This document shows, in pieces, positions 17,778-26,951 of a DNA stretch of 36,207 nucleotides (position 1 is the first letter of the stretch; each line of letters opens with the position of its first letter). Below the pieces are notes generated by a model, which had not been told where the DNA came from, searched no databases, and saw only the letters and a program-made list of their open reading frames with translations. The translations under genes were made by a program, and so were the position numbers. Where the stretch lies: NCBI GenBank assembly GCA_049472355.1, contig JBLIRP010000033.1, forward strand, positions 1 to 36,207. The letters are read 5' to 3'. This stretch comes from a bacterium. GTDB lineage: Bacteria > SZUA-182 > DTGQ01 > JAFGSM01.

Positions 17778-19595
17778 CTAAAACACCGCCTTCACACGAA
17801 GGGTGATGATCTTTTCCCTGTCCCGTGGGACCACGAAGGTCTGTGTAAATTTATATTCTCCTTCAAGGGTATAATCGGAAAAATCGAATAATATCTTGGA
17901 TTCGAAGGTTTCCGTATCGTTTGCCTGCTCCTTGTCGTCGTACTTGTAACTGGTGCTCCATGTGTACGGGGCTGACGACCAGTCGAACTTGAGGGAATAG
18001 GACATCTCCTCGCTCGGCTCTTGCCCCTCGATCCGGTAATCCTTTCTGGTGATCTGGGAGGTGACGAACAGGGATGCGAATGGCTGGTAGTCGACATCGA
18101 GGGTGCTGTCGTCGTTGGTTTCCTTGCGACTGGCGGAGAACGATGAACCGGCTCTCCGGGTCTCGATATGCTTCCTGCTCATGACGTGTGAAAAATCCAC
18201 GGTCCATACATCGTATATACTCAGCTTGTATCGCAGGCCCATCTTGTATTCATCGGTGACCTCCGGAAGGCTGTCACGATTGGGATCCATTGTGGATGTG
18301 ACCGAATGGATGTATTCGGGTTTGAGGGAGAGGTTTTTGAGGGGATTGAGGTCCCACTTCCACATGAAGCGTTCTTCCTCGGAAAATTGTGTATCCTGCT
18401 TGTCCTCGTCCACGGTCTTGAAGTCCAGCGTCTGATAGCTGCGAAGAAAATGGGGAAAGTCAGACCGAAGGGACGCCTCGAGGATCCTTTTGTCCCTTTT
18501 ATCAAGCGGCCTGTTGGGGTCCTGCTCCTCGAACTCCTCGAGGGCCTCATCGATGACCTTGAAGGTAAACTGGAACCACTCGGTCGGCGTTGCCCTGAGC
18601 TGTCCCTGCAGGGTGAGCTTGTCCGTGTCGACGGTGTTGACACCGGTATCCCGGCGTTCCTCCTCGGACTCCTTGCGCGCCCGCCCGGATATCGAAAGCC
18701 AGTCCGTCATTCTCTGGCTGAGATCGAACTGGATGTCCTGGTCCGTATTATCCTGGAATCCCTCCTGGTCATCCTTTTGCTTGTTCTCATACTCCAGGCT
18801 CATGTCCGTCTTGTGGGTGGGTTTGTAGCTCAACTTGCTCCGCAATGTCTGGAGGAATTCATCCTGTTTAACGCCCGATTGAGTGTCCTTTTCCTCCTGA
18901 TAGAGGCTCTCCGCCTTATAGGAGATCTCCATCTTGAACGGCCGGCTTGTGGAGAAGGTGTGATTCAGCTTGACCTCACCGCTGAGGTTCACATCCTCCA
19001 CATCCGCTCTTTCTTCGTTGTTCGTGTACTCGTGTTTCAGGTCCACCTTGACCCGCAAGACCCTGGAAGGCTTATAGATGGCGCCTACGGCGATCTTGTC
19101 TCGTTTGAACTGGTCCTTGGTTTCGTCGTGATCATAATCCAGCCGTAATTCAGGAAGCTGCGAGGGCTGGATCAGAAGGTGTCCGAATGCACGGTTTTCA
19201 GTGGGCTTGTTCTGATGCCAGGTCTCCTTGAACCCGGTCTTGAAATCGTAGATGAGCGATTTGAGCCTCAATTCGATCTGGGGCTCCCTGGTCTCCGTGT
19301 CCTCGTTCATTATGGAACGATTGTCCTCCTTCTTGTAGTCGAATTTCACCTCCCCGCTCAAATCGGTCCATTCGGTGAGCGGATGGGCGTATTTGACGGA
19401 AAGCCGGGGATTGTATTCGTGGGTCAGGTTATCCTCTCCCGCACCTGATGGTGAGCCGGTTGAATCGGTGCGGGTGTATTTGGCGTCGATGGTCGTGGTG
19501 ACGGTTGCGGATTCGCCCGGCAGAGGTGCCAGGGCGAGAGCAAGGCAGAGCACGAGCGAACAAATTATATACGAAATGCCGCAGCCTCGAATCAT
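17778..19595 (-). CDS. Putative outer-membrane beta-barrel protein (605 aa)
   Basis: Signal peptide ending LAPLPGESA, alternating amphipathic strands with aromatic-Pro turns (YKPS, YKPT, YQPF, LNPL) along the whole length, and a C-terminal beta-signal ITLRVKAVF. Confidence 0.8.
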   Translation of the reverse strand: MIRGCGISYIICSLVLCLALALAPLPGESATVTTTIDAKYTRTDSTGSPSGAGEDNLTHEYNPRLSVKYAHPLTEWTDLSGEVKFDYKKEDNRSIMNEDTETREPQIELRLKSLIYDFKTGFKETWHQNKPTENRAFGHLLIQPSQLPELRLDYDHDETKDQFKRDKIAVGAIYKPSRVLRVKVDLKHEYTNNEERADVEDVNLSGEVKLNHTFSTSRPFKMEISYKAESLYQEEKDTQSGVKQDEFLQTLRSKLSYKPTHKTDMSLEYENKQKDDQEGFQDNTDQDIQFDLSQRMTDWLSISGRARKESEEERRDTGVNTVDTDKLTLQGQLRATPTEWFQFTFKVIDEALEEFEEQDPNRPLDKRDKRILEASLRSDFPHFLRSYQTLDFKTVDEDKQDTQFSEEERFMWKWDLNPLKNLSLKPEYIHSVTSTMDPNRDSLPEVTDEYKMGLRYKLSIYDVWTVDFSHVMSRKHIETRRAGSSFSASRKETNDDSTLDVDYQPFASLFVTSQITRKDYRIEGQEPSEEMSYSLKFDWSSAPYTWSTSYKYDDKEQANDTETFESKILFDFSDYTLEGEYKFTQTFVVPRDREKIITLRVKAVF

Positions 19596-19602
19596 CTCGA
19601 TT

Positions 19603-20436
19603 TCATGCGTAACTATGGAGACCGCCCAACAAAAAGCTCACACCGAAATAGGTCATCAACACAAACAAAAAACCAAGGATTGACAAGATCGCCGTCCTCT
19701 TCCCCCGCCATCCTGCGGTGAACCGGGCATGCAGGAAGGCGGCGTATACGAACCACGTGATGAGTGACCAGGTCTCCTTGGGGTCCCAGCTCCAGTAGCT
19801 GCCCCACGCATAGTGGGCCCAGGCGGCTCCGGTGATGATGCCCAGGGTCAGGAAGGGAAAGCCCACTGCCACTGCCTTGTATTGGAGGTCATCCAATACT
19901 GCGGAAGCCGGAAGGAGGGCAATGAGGCCCTTTTGAGTCCCGATCGTTTCGTAGTACTCCTTAAAAAGATACATGATGCTGATACCGAAGGCCACGGCAA
20001 AGGCGGCATACCCGAAAAAGCAGGTCACCACGTGAACGAGGAGCCAGTTGCTCTGGAGCGCAGGGACAAGTGGTTCGATCCTGTTGGACATCAGTCCGGT
20101 GGATGCAAGGATGAGAAAGGAAATGGGCATGATGAATGCGCCGACTGACCGATAGCCGTATTTTTTCTCGAAGATCAGGTAGATCAACACGGTGGACCAT
20201 GAGAAAAAGACCATGGATGAGTAGAGATTGGTAAAGGGAGGCTGGCCGATGCCCAGCCTGTAAGAGTGCATGGTTCTCAGGATGAGTGCCAGGCTGTGGC
20301 ACGCCAGGCCCCCGAATGCCGTCCAGAACGCCGCGCGGGCGATCTGCTCCTGCCGGTTGATCAGATTGATGATATACAGGAGCGAGGCTACAAGGTATAT
20401 GAGCATTGCCAATCCGAAAAGCTGTTCATTGTACAT
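19603..20436 (-). CDS. ccsA: Cytochrome c synthase subunit CcsA/ResC (System II)
   Basis: WWD domain WGSYWSWDPKETW, PALQSNWLLVHV, C-terminal GLHSYA and multiple TM helices. Confidence 0.95.
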   Translation of the reverse strand: MYNEQLFGLAMLIYLVASLLYIINLINRQEQIARAAFWTAFGGLACHSLALILRTMHSYRLGIGQPPFTNLYSSMVFFSWSTVLIYLIFEKKYGYRSVGAFIMPISFLILASTGLMSNRIEPLVPALQSNWLLVHVVTCFFGYAAFAVAFGISIMYLFKEYYETIGTQKGLIALLPASAVLDDLQYKAVAVGFPFLTLGIITGAAWAHYAWGSYWSWDPKETWSLITWFVYAAFLHARFTAGWRGKRTAILSILGFLFVLMTYFGVSFLLGGLHSYA

Positions 20437-21861
20437 TTATGAAATCCTCACATCGAGATTATGCGGTTTTTGCTCGAAGGAATCACACATTCCTTGCCAT
20501 ATGTCATTGAATTTTTTTTCAAATCCAATCTTGTTTTTGTCCGCCCTGCCCATCATCTGTGCGCTGCACCCCTGGGGAGCCGGGGTTAACGTAATCCATA
20601 CCCTTTGATGGGATGAGAACAGGACCAGGATCACACCGGCCATCAGGAGGATACACCCCAGCCAGACGACCCATACCCCCGGGTCCCTCCCCACCTGGAG
20701 TCCGGTGTACATCGTCCCCTGATATCCCTTGAGGGTATACATGTAATCACCCCTCTTGATCATCTGAAAGTCGGGGAACATCTGGAAGCTCCACACGGCA
20801 AAGGGCGACTCATCCCCTTTTGCAACCATGAGCTGAACAGCGGGATTTTTCATCTGATTCGATTTGGAGAAGGCCTTTCCCTGCGCATCCATGCCGAAAT
20901 CGGGCAGAAACTGACGGACCGTGACCCGCCTTTTTATTCCATCCGGCCCGGTAAATTCAAAGCTTCCCCCAGGATTCACCCGGAATTCCTGCACAGGGCC
21001 CTTTGATGCCTCGTCCACAGGCTTCACCTGGATGACCAGGTCACCCGATTGGGGGTCCTCGCCGTAGCTGGATTGATAGAGGGTTATGCCCTTATAGGTC
21101 AAGGGCTTGTTGACCTCGATGACCTTGCTCGTGACCTCCTTGCCCTCCTCCAGAACGGTCAAATGGCTCCGATAATCCTTCGGACGCATGGTGTTTTCAT
21201 AGTATTCTATCTCAAATGCATCGCACCGCACGACAAAGCCAAGGGGGTGCGGCGCGTTGGAGGGGTATTCAAAGAATGTATCGGTGCTTTGCCCCTCGGG
21301 GATTTGCACGTATCCCTTGATCCCCAGGCCGGCGCTGAGGATTCCTCCCAGCAGGATGATCAGTATGCTCAGGTGGGTCAGGTAGAAGTATACCCAGCCA
21401 TAACGATTCCTTTCAAAAAACAGCCTGAGGCCACCCCTCTCTTCTGTTGTTTCCTTGGGTGCTCCCATGCTGTTTTTCCTGAGGAGGGAGACGACGGTAT
21501 CGCGGCATGCGGGAACTGTGGAATGAAGCAGCTTGCTGTGAGAGAATTTTGAATCCTTTGGCTTCTCTTTTCCGTACCCCGGGTCCATGCGTTTCAGGTC
21601 GCCGGGCAGTCTCCTCAAGGAGCAAAACAGGATGTTGACTGTAAGGAGGATAAGGAGGGCGATGTACCACCAGGAGTGATACACGTCAAAGAAGCCCATG
21701 AAATTCAAAAACTTGTACAATCCTTGCCCGTAGTGCTGTATGTACAGGACCGGGTTCTGCTTCTGGGCGATGACCGTTCCGATGATGGAGGTGAAGGCCA
21801 GGCATATCAAGAGTATGATGGCCAACTTTACCGAGCTGAAAAACTTGATGATCCGTTTCAT
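20437..21861 (-). CDS. resB: Cytochrome c biogenesis protein ResB/Ccs1 (System II)
   Basis: FFSSVKLAI, SIIGTVIAQ, DVYHSWWY, THLSILII, IEVNKPLTYKGITLYQSSY and YTGLQVGRDPGVWVVWLGC. Abuts ccsA. Confidence 0.95.
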   Translation of the reverse strand: MKRIIKFFSSVKLAIILLICLAFTSIIGTVIAQKQNPVLYIQHYGQGLYKFLNFMGFFDVYHSWWYIALLILLTVNILFCSLRRLPGDLKRMDPGYGKEKPKDSKFSHSKLLHSTVPACRDTVVSLLRKNSMGAPKETTEERGGLRLFFERNRYGWVYFYLTHLSILIILLGGILSAGLGIKGYVQIPEGQSTDTFFEYPSNAPHPLGFVVRCDAFEIEYYENTMRPKDYRSHLTVLEEGKEVTSKVIEVNKPLTYKGITLYQSSYGEDPQSGDLVIQVKPVDEASKGPVQEFRVNPGGSFEFTGPDGIKRRVTVRQFLPDFGMDAQGKAFSKSNQMKNPAVQLMVAKGDESPFAVWSFQMFPDFQMIKRGDYMYTLKGYQGTMYTGLQVGRDPGVWVVWLGCILLMAGVILVLFSSHQRVWITLTPAPQGCSAQMMGRADKNKIGFEKKFNDIWQGMCDSFEQKPHNLDVRIS

Positions 21862-21926
21862 GGCGTCTTATGATACTCCAATTTCCAATTAAGGTTATAC
21901 CCTGGAATAAAAATACATATCACGCT

Positions 21927-21956
21927 TTTCTACCATAGTTGCAGCTAAGATGTCAA
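21927..21956 (-). promoter_or_regulatory. Putative sigma70 promoter of resB-ccsA-barrel
   Basis: Minus strand TTGACA, 18-bp spacer, TG.TAGAAA in the AT-rich intergenic region. Confidence 0.45.
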
Positions 21957-22081
21957 TTTTGAAGGATTTCCCTTCTCCGCATAACCGATATATCAATATA
22001 ATCTACTATATTGATTATAAACAAATTAAAGAGAATATTTTAAAGTAAATTCTCATCAAGTACGCAGTGCCCTCAGACGGA

Positions 22082-23656
22082 TTAAACGGACCCCGTTTTG
22101 GTCTTGGTGAGAAATGTGCGCGCCATGGCGAGTGCCTCCTCTTGTGTGGTGATCGCGCCGCACAGGTGTGATTGATTGATTGCGGCCAGTGCCTTTCCCA
22201 TGAGCGGCCCAGGGGGAAAAAGGAGCTCCCTTTGCAGGTCGTCACCCGTGACCAGGGGCGCCTTTTTCTCCCGCTGCGCTATTTCCCCTTTTAAATGGAG
22301 GAGGGAGGCGACAAAGCCGGCATAGGTGTTCCTGCCTTGTGGGTCCCTGACCGTAGCAAAGACGTCGGCAAGGGAGAGCAGGAGCACTGCCTGCCAGGTA
22401 TCCCCGAGGCGGATGAAGAGCCTCACCTTTGCCCTGTCCGACGCCTTCGGTGCCAGCGACAGGAGCAGGGGCCGCATGTGGTTCTCCACCAGCCTGGTGG
22501 TGAGGCGGATTTCCGCCCTGCTGAACCGAAGGGCATCCATCCGCTTGCCCAGGATCTTCGCCCCCCTTTTCTGGTGCCCGTAAAAGGTGATCTGCCCCTG
22601 TTTCCCCGTACCCGCCACCTCGGGCTTTCCGATGTCATGGAGGAGGGCGGCCATGCGAAGACAGGGGACCTGATCGGCCTGCTCATGCGTGAAGGAGTGA
22701 ACCAGTTTCGCACAAACGGGGGGAAGGAAGGCATCGGGGTCATGCATCATTTCTTCGAGGATATGGAGGGTCTCCCATGAGTGCTCCCAGAGGCAGAGGG
22801 CATGCCGTGGGCCCTGGTCAAGCCCCTCCATGGGGCGGATCTCGGGAAGGATCTCCCCGAGGAGACCCGTTTCCTGCATTTTTTTAACATAGGGGGCGGT
22901 GCGAGGGCACCCCATCATCTTCACCCATTCCTCACGTATCCTCTCGGGTGAGACGGAGCCGATGAGTGTTGCGTGCCGGGTGATCGCCCCCAGGGTTTCC
23001 CCCCCTATGGCAAAGCCGAACTCCGCACCGAACCTGAACGCCCTGCAAAGCCGCAATGGGTCCAGGAGGAAATTTTCCTCCCGCACCATCCGGATGATCC
23101 CCCTTTCCACATCCTCTCTGCCATGGAAGGGATCGATGAGCAGCCCCTCAGCGAAGCCATCGCGAAGCGCAGCATCATCCGATTTCACCGCCATCGCATT
23201 GATGGTGAAGTCCCGCTCCCCCAGATTCTGTTCCAGGGATACCGATTCCTTCTCGAAGGCCACGTCGATGGTGGCAGGGGACCCCTGCAGGGCGAGGCGA
23301 TGGATGCTTCGCTCCTTGTCCAGGCAGATCAGGGTGGAGGGGATGCGGGTGCGAAGGCTTGAGAGAAAGCCCGGGTCACCGTAGACCAGGAGGTCGATAT
23401 CCAGGGATAGCCTGTTGAGGACATAATTCCGCACCCAGCCTCCCACCAGGTAGACCCGGGCGTGGACCTCTTCGGCAGCCCGGTGGATCTGATCGAGGAC
23501 GCTTCCCGGATGGGCCTGCCGCTTGGGGATGACCGGGGACGGCTTTGTTTGGGGCGCCTTATCCTTTTTCTTTTCCGTATCCCTATTCATATCCCTATCT
23601 TTATGTCCACCCCTATCATTGCCTTTCATGTGCAGGTCCCTTGTGCATATTCTCAT
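22082..23656 (-). CDS. Class II tRNA nucleotidyltransferase with HD domain (probably CC-adding type)
   Basis: YLVGGWVRN..L...SLDIDL (motif A), RDFTINAMA, DPFHGREDV, DPLR, VSPERIREE and LLHDIGKP. Start uncertain: 23656 overlaps the tsaC stop and later Mets are possible. Confidence 0.88.
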   Translation of the reverse strand: MRICTRDLHMKGNDRGGHKDRDMNRDTEKKKDKAPQTKPSPVIPKRQAHPGSVLDQIHRAAEEVHARVYLVGGWVRNYVLNRLSLDIDLLVYGDPGFLSSLRTRIPSTLICLDKERSIHRLALQGSPATIDVAFEKESVSLEQNLGERDFTINAMAVKSDDAALRDGFAEGLLIDPFHGREDVERGIIRMVREENFLLDPLRLCRAFRFGAEFGFAIGGETLGAITRHATLIGSVSPERIREEWVKMMGCPRTAPYVKKMQETGLLGEILPEIRPMEGLDQGPRHALCLWEHSWETLHILEEMMHDPDAFLPPVCAKLVHSFTHEQADQVPCLRMAALLHDIGKPEVAGTGKQGQITFYGHQKRGAKILGKRMDALRFSRAEIRLTTRLVENHMRPLLLSLAPKASDRAKVRLFIRLGDTWQAVLLLSLADVFATVRDPQGRNTYAGFVASLLHLKGEIAQREKKAPLVTGDDLQRELLFPPGPLMGKALAAINQSHLCGAITTQEEALAMARTFLTKTKTGSV

Positions 23657-24339
23657 CTCGGCGGGTTCAATTTCTCTCCCGGTATATCCCCTTCCCGAAC
23701 GACTCGGGCCTTTTTGCCGGTTGCATCCACAATGGTGGACCCCAGAGAGGGGGGAAGCTCGCCTGCGTCGATAACCAGGTCCACCAGGCCCTCCAGATCC
23801 TCAATCACCGCATCGATCGTGCGCACTGAACCCTTTCCGGAGAGATTCGCACTGGTGGCGATGATCGCCGTTTTTGCCTCCCTGGCAATGGCCGTGGCAA
23901 TCGGCGCATTGGGCATTCTGAGGCCGATTTTTCCCGTGCCTGCGGTCAAGGCCGGGGGAAGGGCAGGGGAGCAGGGAAAGAGGATGGTGAGCGGGCCCGG
24001 CCAGAACCGATCCATCAATTGCCCGGCAAGGCAAGAAATAGCGTGCGCGTATGTACCCACATCATCCCGTTGGGCAAGGATCAGGGGAAGGGGCTTGTGC
24101 ACGGGCCGCCCCTTTGCCGAGAATATCCTTCGGACCGCCATCTCGCTTCGAGGATCCCCTCCCAGGCCGTAAAAGGTGTCCGTGGGATACACCACCAGTC
24201 CCCCCCGTGCCAGGATTGCGGCTGCCCTGGCAATCACCCCCTGGTCGGGCGCATGAAGCGGGCATTCCACGATCTCGGTGGCGCGCGGTTTCTCCTTCAC
24301 TACATTTCCCCTTCGCTTTGCACGGGATCGGCGCCTCAC
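23653..24339 (-). CDS. tsaC: L-threonylcarbamoyladenylate synthase (YrdC/TsaC, single domain)
   Basis: VVYPTDTFYGL, KGRP..KPL, FWPGPLT, ATSANLSG and STIVD. Confidence 0.93.
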   Translation of the reverse strand: MRRRSRAKRRGNVVKEKPRATEIVECPLHAPDQGVIARAAAILARGGLVVYPTDTFYGLGGDPRSEMAVRRIFSAKGRPVHKPLPLILAQRDDVGTYAHAISCLAGQLMDRFWPGPLTILFPCSPALPPALTAGTGKIGLRMPNAPIATAIAREAKTAIIATSANLSGKGSVRTIDAVIEDLEGLVDLVIDAGELPPSLGSTIVDATGKKARVVREGDIPGEKLNPPR

Positions 24340-24842
24340 TCCGTTCGAGACGAATCCTGGAGCCCCCGGTCCTTTCCCTCCACCTCCCTGGCCATGGTCT
24401 CCTTATAGCGGCGAAGCCTTTTCGTCAGGCCGGGATCGGAGAGGGCGAGGATCTGGACCGCCAGAATCCCTGCATTGCGTGCCCCTGCCTTGCCTATGCC
24501 CATGGTCCCCACCGGGACCCCCGGGGGCATCTGCGCGGTGGAAAGGAGGGCATCGAGGCCTCCCAGTGTGGCATCGATGGGCACCCCCAGCACGGGGAGG
24601 ACGGTCCAGGCGGCCACGCTCCCGGCAAGATGGGCCGCCATGCCCGCGCCCACGATCATCACCTTGATCCCGCGCTCCTCCGCAGTGCGGGCAATGTCCG
24701 CTGTCCTTTGAGGTGACCGGTGCGCGGAGGTCACCGCGTATTCAAAGGGGATATCAAACGACGCGAGCACCTCGCCCGCCTCCTTCATCACCGGAAGGTC
24801 ATGATCACTCCCCATCAGGATACTGACTATCGGCTTTTGCAT
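24336..24842 (-). CDS. purE: N5-carboxyaminoimidazole ribonucleotide mutase
   Basis: ILMGSDHD, SAHRSP, GAGMAAHL, PVLGVP and QMPPGVPV. AAGGAGG RBS. Confidence 0.97.
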   Translation of the reverse strand: MQKPIVSILMGSDHDLPVMKEAGEVLASFDIPFEYAVTSAHRSPQRTADIARTAEERGIKVMIVGAGMAAHLAGSVAAWTVLPVLGVPIDATLGGLDALLSTAQMPPGVPVGTMGIGKAGARNAGILAVQILALSDPGLTKRLRRYKETMAREVEGKDRGLQDSSRTE

Positions 24843-25166
24843 AGTGTCCTCCTTGTGGCTCCCTGCAATAGTGATTTATATCATTATATGCCAAGTGGTC
24901 ACGGAAATAAAAAACCTTCCCTCACCCCCTCGTCCGTCGGATGCAAATTGACCTGCAATGCTGATTGTGAACCGCACAAGGCCTTCCTAAATCGCTTCGT
25001 AAACAAGCCTTCCCACGACAATGCACGATCACGATCATAATTTCCGACTCTTTCCCATTATTTTGATTCTTTAATTGGGATACGTTACAATGTCCGCGAT
25101 TTTGGAATTGAAAAAACAGGCACATGATTGGTGGTGAATCAGGGTTTAAAGGCAGGGGGACGAGCC

Positions 25167-25649
25167 ATGGAGATTCAGACGATAACACTGGAAATACCAG
25201 AGGGTGGCAATCTGATTTTCGGTCAAAGCCACTTCATCAAGACGGCGGAGGACCTGTATGAGGCATTGGTGGGGAGTGCCCCGGGGATCAAATTCGGCGT
25301 CGCCTTCTGCGAGGCCTCACAGCATTGTCTCATCCGAACGGAGGGAAATGACCCTGCCCTTATCGACGCCTGTGTCAAAAACGCCCGGAATGTGGGGGCG
25401 GGGCATACCTTCTTCATCCTCATCAGGGAGGCCTTCCCTATAAACTGCCTCCAAGCGGTCAAGGCATGTCCGGAGGTGTGCCGCATCTTCTGCGCGACGG
25501 CAAATCCCGTGGAGGCGCTGGTTGTCCAGAGCGGCCAGGGGCGAGGGGTGATCGGTGTGATCGACGGCTTCAGCCCCAAGGGTGTGGAGAACGAACAGGA
25601 TAAGGCTGAACGTAAGGAACTCCTCAGAAGATTCGGCTACAAGCTCTGA
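25167..25649 (+). CDS. DUF355/COG1839 adenosine-binding ('adenosine-specific kinase') family protein
   Basis: GQSHFIKT.EDLYEA, FG.AFCEAS, GAGHTF, PEVCRIFCATANP, GRGVIGVIDG and C-terminal GYKL. Start at ATG 25167 after AGGGGGA. Confidence 0.88.
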   Translation: MEIQTITLEIPEGGNLIFGQSHFIKTAEDLYEALVGSAPGIKFGVAFCEASQHCLIRTEGNDPALIDACVKNARNVGAGHTFFILIREAFPINCLQAVKACPEVCRIFCATANPVEALVVQSGQGRGVIGVIDGFSPKGVENEQDKAERKELLRRFGYKL

Positions 25650-25709
25650 TGGTTTAATGCATGGTGTGCAATACCCTTTCATGTACGTTTGCCACGATCG
25701 AAGGAACCA

Positions 25710-26951
25710 ATGTCCGGTGAGCTGATCCTGATCGGCGGTACGGTGGTTACCCCCCATGAGGAGATCAGGGAAGGGGTTGTTTTCTGTAAGGACGGCCTCA
25801 TACAGGGGGTGTACGCACGGGACGAGGTGGGGGCAATCCCGCGCAAGGGAACCGTTGACCTTCGCGACATGATGATCTGCCCGGGACTTATCGATATCCA
25901 CCTCCATGGCGCCCTGGGGGTCGATTTTCTGGATGCGGGGCCGGATGATTATGACCGCATCCTCCGGTTTCACCTTACCCACGGGACCACCACCATCGTT
26001 CCCACCCTCATGACCGCCCCCCTGGAGGGCATGGGAGACGCAGCCCGGCGAATCGCCGATTGGCAGGCATCGGGCCACGTGCGGGGAATGATTCGAGGGC
26101 TCCACCTGGAGGGACCGTTTCTCAGCCCTGAAAAGCCGGGCGCTCACCACGTGGAAGACCTCCTCCTTCCCAATACCGGCGACCTTGCCTACCTCATGGA
26201 GGCATCCAGGGGGAATATCGCCATCCTGACCATGGCGCCGGAGCTTGAGGGCGCTCCGGAGTTGATCCGTTTTGCCGGGAAACAGGGCATTATTGTGTCG
26301 ATAGGGCACTCGTGCGCCTCCCATGACAAGGTCCGGGAGGCGATCGACCTGGGGGCGAACCATGCCTGTCACTTCTTCAATGCAATGGGTGTCTTTCACC
26401 ATCGGGAGCCCGGGGTCATCGGGACATTGCTGATCGCTTCCCACATAACGGCCGAATTAATAGTTGACGGTCTCCATGTCCACCCGATCGCCGCGCAGAT
26501 ACTCCTTCGTATGCTCGGTGCCGATAGGGTGGTGCTTGTCACGGACTGCAGCCCCCTGGTGGGACTGGAAGAGGGTGAATATGCCGTGACAGGGCAGGGG
26601 GGGCACAAGAGGCGGGTTGGACGGGTTGAGGATGACTCACAGGAGGGGGTGGATACGATGACGTACATCAAGGGGCGCATTACCGGCAGCAGGGGATGTC
26701 TTGCCGGTTCCTCCCTGTCCCTTCCTCAGGCAATCAAGAATTGCAGGGATTTCGGTCTTGCCCCGCTGTCCCAGGCGGTGGCCATGGCAACGACGAATCC
26801 CGCACGGCTGCTTTGCGCAGAAAGGGAGATCGGGCGGATCGCACCCGGGTTCAGGGCGGATATCACGGTGCTGGACCAGGAGTGCAATCCGCGTCTGGTT
26901 ATCAAGGGGGGCGAACGAGTGGTCGAGGGTGTGGGGGAAAAAACAGCATGA
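25710..26951 (+). CDS. nagA: N-acetylglucosamine-6-phosphate deacetylase
   Basis: PGLIDIHLHG, HGTTTIVPT, GLHLEGPFL, TMAPE, GHS, HFFNAM, DGLHVHP, LVTD and LAGS. Confidence 0.93.
   Translation: MSGELILIGGTVVTPHEEIREGVVFCKDGLIQGVYARDEVGAIPRKGTVDLRDMMICPGLIDIHLHGALGVDFLDAGPDDYDRILRFHLTHGTTTIVPTLMTAPLEGMGDAARRIADWQASGHVRGMIRGLHLEGPFLSPEKPGAHHVEDLLLPNTGDLAYLMEASRGNIAILTMAPELEGAPELIRFAGKQGIIVSIGHSCASHDKVREAIDLGANHACHFFNAMGVFHHREPGVIGTLLIASHITAELIVDGLHVHPIAAQILLRMLGADRVVLVTDCSPLVGLEEGEYAVTGQGGHKRRVGRVEDDSQEGVDTMTYIKGRITGSRGCLAGSSLSLPQAIKNCRDFGLAPLSQAVAMATTNPARLLCAEREIGRIAPGFRADITVLDQECNPRLVIKGGERVVEGVGEKTA

Noticed and set aside
24965..24979. TTGTG-N5-CACAA palindrome as a CRP/Rex site
   Set aside because: Spacing does not fit either consensus, and 5-bp arms are expected by chance.
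26696..26947. Extended N-terminus of the 846-aa Slt ORF
   Set aside because: Overlaps nagA by about 250 bp. The ATG at 26948 gives an ATGA coupling and a proper signal peptide.
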